From Sinorhizobium meliloti (lineage in GTDB: Bacteria; Pseudomonadota; Alphaproteobacteria; Rhizobiales; Rhizobiaceae): DNA of 32,000 bases. The position numbers were made by a program, and so were the translations under genes. Location: positions 3,600,001 through 3,632,000 of the forward strand of contig NZ_JAGIOS010000001.1 in NCBI RefSeq assembly GCF_017876815.1, written 5' to 3'. This document shows positions 27,389 through 32,000 of the stretch, one piece after another. The stretch's first letter is position 1; each line of letters opens with the position of its first letter. The notes under the pieces were generated by a model. It did no database searches. It had not been told where the DNA came from and saw nothing but the letters and a program-made list of their open reading frames with translations.

Positions 27389-27970
27389 TCAAGCGGCGTT
27401 GCGGGTGAAAAGCACCCAGTGGTGTTTTCTGCTGTCTTCGAAAAGCGGCACGGCCCCGGCGCGCGCCACCTCCTCGAAGCCGTTCAGCCTGTAAAGCGCC
27501 TGCGCCGTTTCATTGTGGCTTTCGGTGATCAGGCTCACCGGCGCCTGCCCGGCGCGGGAAAACTCGTTCTCGAGCAGAGCGCGGCCTATGCCTTTACCGC
27601 GGTAATGGCGGTAAACGCCGAGGCTATCGATGAACCAGTGACCGACCACCTGCTTCTGCAGGAAAAGCAAGGGCGCAAGCACGGGATGTTTCGGCTCGAT
27701 CTCGAGGATCGATGCATCGATGCCGTAGGAAACCGACACGCCGACGATCTCGTCTCCGATTTCGGCCACCACCGCATTGCGCCACGTACCGGGCCCGGTA
27801 TCCCGACGCAGCACGTTGCGGCCATGCTCGAAGGCGGTTTCCGCGGATTTGCTCAGAACGCCGCCGTACCAGAGCCAGGAGGCAAAGCCGTGTGAGGCGA
27901 TGTCGATCAGGATCGCAAGTTCCGCTGCCTCGCTTCGCTTAGCAGGCCTGAGGGTCGCGCCAGCCGTCAT
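27389..27970 (-). CDS. GNAT-family N-acetyltransferase
   Basis: 193 aa from ATG 27970 (MTAGATLRPAKRSE). Acetyl-CoA motif YRGKGIGRALL. The ATG lies 2 nt after the SGNH stop (TGAcgATG). The longer 347-aa ORF reads out of frame through the SGNH gene. Confidence 0.8.
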   Translation of the reverse strand: MTAGATLRPAKRSEAAELAILIDIASHGFASWLWYGGVLSKSAETAFEHGRNVLRRDTGPGTWRNAVVAEIGDEIVGVSVSYGIDASILEIEPKHPVLAPLLFLQKQVVGHWFIDSLGVYRHYRGKGIGRALLENEFSRAGQAPVSLITESHNETAQALYRLNGFEEVARAGAVPLFEDSRKHHWVLFTRNAA

Positions 27971-27972
27971 CG

Positions 27973-28614
27973 TCAAAGCCCGAGCATCATCCGCACGACA
28001 GGCTCCAACCCTCTGCCGACCGCCCGGGTGTTCTCCGCGTCGAGGTGGACACCGTCGATCGGCGTCGTCCTGGCCACCGATCCGCCGTCGAAGAAGCCGC
28101 AGTCGAGCTCGTCGGCGAGATCGCGATAAAGCGGCGCCAGCATTGCGGATTGCTCGACCCCGCCCGCGAACATGGCGGCAAAAGCGCTGTTGGCCGTCTC
28201 GCAGAGCGGCGGCGGCGAGACGATGAGAATCTCGGGCTCCTCCTCCGTTTCCGTCGGCCAGTCGTGCCTGCGCACCAGATTGACGAGGCGCTCGATGCCC
28301 TTCACCGCGCCGAAAGCGGTGCCGTGAATGATCGGTTTCATGTCGTTCGAGCCGAGCATGAACACGATGAGATCGAGTGGCGCGTGGGTGTGCAGGACCG
28401 TCGGGAGGACACGCGCGCCGTTCCGGTCGCAATCGGCGAGATGGTCGTCATAGGCGGTCGTCCGCCCGTTCAGCCCTTCGGCGATGACATGCGCGTCCGA
28501 ACCGAGCGCCTTCTGCAGCACGCTCGGCCAACGGTCCTCCAGCGCATGCCGGCCGGAACCGGTTGCATCGTATCCCCAGGTCAGACTGTCACCGTAGCAA
28601 AGGACTGTCTTCAT
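27973..28614 (-). CDS. SGNH/GDSL hydrolase (arylesterase-like)
   Basis: 213 aa. Block I YGDSLTWG, block III LGSNDMK, block V DGVHLD. Confidence 0.85.
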   Translation of the reverse strand: MKTVLCYGDSLTWGYDATGSGRHALEDRWPSVLQKALGSDAHVIAEGLNGRTTAYDDHLADCDRNGARVLPTVLHTHAPLDLIVFMLGSNDMKPIIHGTAFGAVKGIERLVNLVRRHDWPTETEEEPEILIVSPPPLCETANSAFAAMFAGGVEQSAMLAPLYRDLADELDCGFFDGGSVARTTPIDGVHLDAENTRAVGRGLEPVVRMMLGL

Positions 28615-28633
28615 CTGCCTACTCGCTTTTCAT

Positions 28634-28662
28634 GGGGAAAGGACCGGCTGGGAAGCCGGTCC
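28634..28662 (-). terminator. putative intrinsic terminator/attenuator after pdhC
   Basis: Perfect 9-bp stem ggaccggct / agccggtcc with a 4-nt loop (28641-28662). On the minus strand it is followed by TTTCCCC. It lies 9 nt after the pdhC stop. Confidence 0.5.
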
Positions 28663-28670
28663 GGATCGCA

Positions 28671-30014
28671 TCAGACGAGCATACCCATCGGGTTTTCGAT
28701 GTAGCGCTTGAAGGCGGCGAGCAGTTCGGCGCCGAGCGCGCCATCGACGCAGCGATGGTCGGTCGAAAGCGTGACGGTCATCACATTGGCGATGACCATT
28801 TCCTTGTTCCTGACGACGACACGGTCCTCGCCGGCGCCGACCGCGAGGATCGTCGCGTGCGGCGGATTGACGACGGCGGCGAAGTCCTTGACGCCCATCA
28901 TGCCCATATTGGAGACGGCCGTGGTGCCGCCCTGATATTCTTCCGGCTTCAGCTTGCGCTCCTTCGCGCGCTTGCCGAGATCCTTCATCTCGTTGGAGAT
29001 CGCCGAGAGGCTCTTCAACTCCGCCTGGCGGACGATGGGCGTGATCAGGCCGCCGGGGATGGAGACGGCAACGCCGACGTCCGCGTGCTTGTGCTTGACC
29101 ATGTTCTGATCGGTCCAGGACACATTCGCATCCGGTACGTCGCGCAGCGCCAGAGCAAGCGCCTTGATCACCATGTCGTTCACGGAAAGCTTGTAGACCG
29201 GCTTACCATCCTTTTCAGGTGCTGCGGCATTCAGCTGGGCGCGCAGCGCCATAAGCGCGTCGAGCTCGCAATCGACCGAAACATAGAAATGCGGGATCGT
29301 CTGCTTCGATTCGACGAGGCGCTTGGCGATCGTCTTGCGCATGCCGTCATGCGGCACGAGTTCGTAGGAGCCTGGCTCGAAGAGCTTGAGGACGGCGTCC
29401 TCCGACATGCCCTTAGCGAGCGTCGCCGGGGCCGGAGCTGCTGCCTGCGCGGCGGCGGGCTTGGCGGCGCCACCGGAAACGGCTGTCTCGACGTCCTTCT
29501 TGACGACGCGGCCATGCGGTCCGGAACCGGCGATCGCCGAAAGGTCGATGCCTGCCTCCTTCGCGAGGCGGCGTGCCAGCGGCGACGAAAAGATGCGCTT
29601 GCCTTCGCCATCGGCGGGCGCAGGAGAAGCCGGAGCAGCAGCTTGCGGTGCCGGCGCTGCGGCGGGTGCCGGAGCCGCGGCCGGTGCCGTTTCGGCCGTT
29701 TCCTTCGGCTTCGGTGCCGGGACTGCTCCCGCTGCACCGTTGCCGCCCTTGGCGGCAGTCGCGACGTCTTCGCCCTCGGCGGCGAGAACCGCGATCAGCG
29801 CATTGACCTTGACGCCTTCAGTGCCGGCGGGAACGACGATCTTGGCGACCGTGCCCTCATCGACGGCTTCCACTTCCATCGTCGCCTTGTCGGTCTCGAT
29901 CTCGGCGATCACATCGCCGGACTTGACCTTGTCGCCTTCCTTGACCAGCCACTTGGCCAGATTGCCTTCTTCCATGGTCGGGGAGAGGGCCGGCATGGTG
30001 ATGTTGATTGGCAT
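28671..30014 (-). CDS. pdhC: dihydrolipoyllysine-residue acetyltransferase (E2 of pyruvate dehydrogenase complex)
   Basis: 447 aa. Lipoyl domain [15 protein letters not shown], Ala/Pro linkers, E3-binding [16 protein letters not shown], catalytic DHRCVDGA. Confidence 0.95.
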   Translation of the reverse strand: MPINITMPALSPTMEEGNLAKWLVKEGDKVKSGDVIAEIETDKATMEVEAVDEGTVAKIVVPAGTEGVKVNALIAVLAAEGEDVATAAKGGNGAAGAVPAPKPKETAETAPAAAPAPAAAPAPQAAAPASPAPADGEGKRIFSSPLARRLAKEAGIDLSAIAGSGPHGRVVKKDVETAVSGGAAKPAAAQAAAPAPATLAKGMSEDAVLKLFEPGSYELVPHDGMRKTIAKRLVESKQTIPHFYVSVDCELDALMALRAQLNAAAPEKDGKPVYKLSVNDMVIKALALALRDVPDANVSWTDQNMVKHKHADVGVAVSIPGGLITPIVRQAELKSLSAISNEMKDLGKRAKERKLKPEEYQGGTTAVSNMGMMGVKDFAAVVNPPHATILAVGAGEDRVVVRNKEMVIANVMTVTLSTDHRCVDGALGAELLAAFKRYIENPMGMLV

Positions 30015-30026
30015 CGAACGACCCCC

Positions 30027-31409
30027 TTATTTGTAGCAGACGGCTTTCACCGCATCGACGACTTCCGCGACATTCGGCAGAGCAAGCTTTTCAAGGTTGG
30101 CCGCGTAAGGCATCGGCACGTCCTTGCCGGCGATCGTCAGGATCGGCGCATCGAGATAGTCGAAGGCCTGCTGCATGACGCGGGTGGCGATCTCGGTGCC
30201 GACGGAGGACTGAGGATATCCTTCCTCGACGGTGACGAGGCGGCCGGTCTTCTTGACGGACTCGATGACGGTCGGCAGGTCCATCGGCCGGATCGTGCGA
30301 AGGTCGATGATCTCGACGTCGATACCCTGCGCCTCGAGTTCCGCCGCGGCCTTGATCGCATAGGTCATGCCGATGCCGAAGGAGACGAGCGTCGCGTCCT
30401 TGCCGGTACGATGGATGCGTGCCTTGCCGATCGGCAGCACGAAATCGTCGAGCTTCGGCACTTCGAAGGACTGGCCGTAAAGGATCTCGTTTTCGAGGAA
30501 GATCACCGGGTTCGGATCGCGGATGGCGGCCTTGAGCAGCCCCTTCGCGTCCGCCGCCGTATAGGGCATAACGACCTTCAGGCCCGGAATGTGGCTGTAC
30601 CAGGCGGCATAGCACTGGGAGTGCTGCGCGGCGACGCGGGCTGCAGCACCGCTCGGACCGCGGAAGACGATCGGCGCGCCCATCTGGCCGCCGGACATAT
30701 AGAGCGTCTTAGCGGCCGAGTTGATGATCTGGTCGATCGCCTGCATGGCGAAGTTGAACGTCATGAACTCGACGATCGGGCGCAGACCCGTCATCGCCGC
30801 GCCGACGCCGACGCCGGCAAAGCCATGTTCCGTGATCGGCGTGTCGACCACGCGGCGCGCACCGAATTCCTGCAACAGGCCCTGCGTGACCTTGTAGGCG
30901 CCCTGGTATTCGGCGACCTCTTCGCCCATGACGAAGACGTCCTCATTGGCGCGCATCTCTTCGGCCATCGCGTCGCGAAGCGCTTCGCGGACGGTCATCG
31001 TCGCCATTTCGGTTCCGGCCGGAATTGCCGGGTCGGAAGGAACGTCCGCCTTGGGCTGCGCCGCGACGGGCGCCGCGGAAGCAGCCGGCGCTTCAGCCGC
31101 GGCCGGCTTAGGCGTTTCCGCTTTCGGGGCTTCGGTTTTCATGGAATCGATGTCGCTTGCGGCTTCGCCATCCTGCAACAGGACGGCGATCGGCGTGTTC
31201 ACCTTCACACCCTCGGTGCCGGCTGCGATCAGCAGCTTGCCGATCGTGCCTTCGTCTACCGCTTCCACTTCCATCGTGGCCTTGTCGGTTTCGATTTCCG
31301 CGATGACATCGCCGGAGGACACCTTGTCCCCCTCGTTCTTCAGCCACTTGGAGAGCGTGCCTTCCTCCATGGTCGGGGAAAGGGCAGGCATAAGGATTTC
31401 TACAGGCAT
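30027..31409 (-). CDS. pdhB: pyruvate dehydrogenase E1 beta subunit with N-terminal lipoyl domain
   Basis: ATG at 31409 ([17 protein letters not shown], 460 aa) is preceded by gggaggga. An N-terminal lipoyl domain and Ala/Pro linker are followed by the transketolase-like pyrimidine-binding and C-terminal domains. Confidence 0.93.
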   Translation of the reverse strand: MPVEILMPALSPTMEEGTLSKWLKNEGDKVSSGDVIAEIETDKATMEVEAVDEGTIGKLLIAAGTEGVKVNTPIAVLLQDGEAASDIDSMKTEAPKAETPKPAAAEAPAASAAPVAAQPKADVPSDPAIPAGTEMATMTVREALRDAMAEEMRANEDVFVMGEEVAEYQGAYKVTQGLLQEFGARRVVDTPITEHGFAGVGVGAAMTGLRPIVEFMTFNFAMQAIDQIINSAAKTLYMSGGQMGAPIVFRGPSGAAARVAAQHSQCYAAWYSHIPGLKVVMPYTAADAKGLLKAAIRDPNPVIFLENEILYGQSFEVPKLDDFVLPIGKARIHRTGKDATLVSFGIGMTYAIKAAAELEAQGIDVEIIDLRTIRPMDLPTVIESVKKTGRLVTVEEGYPQSSVGTEIATRVMQQAFDYLDAPILTIAGKDVPMPYAANLEKLALPNVAEVVDAVKAVCYK

Positions 31410-31426
31410 GTTTGTCCCTCCCCGGA

Positions 31427-32000
31427 TCAAAGCAGGATATCGGTATAGAGCTCGGAGACATCCGGCTCCGGATCAGACTGGGCGAAATCGGCACTGTCCG
31501 CAACGATGTCGCGAACCTCCTTGTCGATCTGCTTCAGTTCGTCCTCGGTGGCCCAGCCTTTATCCGTCAGGCGGGCCTTCACCTGCTCGATCGGATCATG
31601 CTCCGAACGCATCTTCTGCACTTCATCCTTCGAGCGATACTTCGCCGGATCGGACATGGAATGGCCGCGATAGCGGTAGGTCAGCATTTCGAGGATGATC
31701 GGGCCCTTGCCGGAACGGCAATGTTCGACCGCCTCGTCGGCTGCGGCCTTGACGGCGCGGACATCCATGCCGTCGACCTGATAGCCGGGAATGCCGAAGG
31801 AAGCGCCGCGCTGGGAGAAATCGGTCTGCGCCGATGCCCGCGACACGGAGGTACCCATGGCATAACGGTTGTTCTCGACGATGTAGATCACCGGCAGTTT
31901 CCAGAGAGCGGCCATGTTGAAGCTCTCATAGACCTGACCCTGGTTGGCGGCACCGTCGCCGAAATAGGCAAGGCTTACATTGTCGTTGCCGCGGTATCTG
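31427..32000 (-). CDS. pdhA: pyruvate dehydrogenase E1 alpha subunit (partial; 5' end beyond window)
   Basis: The reading frame stays open to the window edge. Hand translation upstream of the listed Met gives ...[37 protein letters not shown], the TPP-binding GDG-X-NQG motif. Confidence 0.9.
   Translation of the reverse strand, partial: RYRGNDNVSLAYFGDGAANQGQVYESFNMAALWKLPVIYIVENNRYAMGTSVSRASAQTDFSQRGASFGIPGYQVDGMDVRAVKAAADEAVEHCRSGKGPIILEMLTYRYRGHSMSDPAKYRSKDEVQKMRSEHDPIEQVKARLTDKGWATEDELKQIDKEVRDIVADSADFAQSDPEPDVSELYTDILL

Noticed and set aside
27971-28432. N-terminal 154 codons of the 347-aa ORF 27389..28432
   Set aside because: This stretch runs out of frame through the SGNH hydrolase gene and is Arg-rich. 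The GNAT domain begins at ATG 27970, right after the SGNH stop.
28563-31448. Very long ORFs antisense to real genes (28563..31448 of 961 aa, 1963..3909, 3548..5152, 4977..6785, 9389..11020, 12278..13699, 15519..17456, 17957..19315, 18991..20340, 20977..22371, 25872..27494)
   Set aside because: These are typical shadow ORFs of high-GC genes. The opposite strand in every case encodes a protein with clear family motifs. The shadow translations are Arg/Gly/Asp/His-rich with no recognisable domains.

Overview
High-GC alphaproteobacterial chromosomal segment. Gene content and order look like Rhizobiaceae, Sinorhizobium/Ensifer-like; this is my inference from synteny and I ran no search. Most of the window is conserved housekeeping. 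On the minus strand it holds a CysJ-less assimilatory sulfite-reduction cluster (cysG, DUF2849, cysI, DUF934, fpr), hfq-hflX, a class IV aminotransferase, trkA, dusB(nifR3)-ntrB-ntrC-ntrY-ntrX, lipA, and the pyruvate dehydrogenase cluster pdhA(partial)-pdhB-pdhC-SGNH-GNAT-lpdA. On the plus strand it holds a CDA-fold deaminase plus mazG, ispDF and a cinA-C/pncC-like gene. I found no rRNA, tRNA or CRISPR. Three things stand out. (1) The whole convergent gap between mazG and hflX (about 6921-9640) is a BIME-like mosaic array: one 23-nt hairpin alternates in orientation between two spacer modules (7 X and 6 Y copies). (2) A 1265-bp IS481-family element (8072-9336) sits exactly in the 5-nt loop of one of those hairpins, and its 5-bp target-site duplication is the loop itself. 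(3) A lower-GC orphan gene (23673-24251) between the conserved ratA-like and lipA genes has a HEPN-like signature (GNY...AEHLL helix pair plus an RNPLSH Rx4H motif). It is followed by an inverted pair of a second REP-like element family that also occurs at 188-235. Many long ORFs in the six-frame track are antisense shadows of real genes or read through the repeats, and I rejected them.
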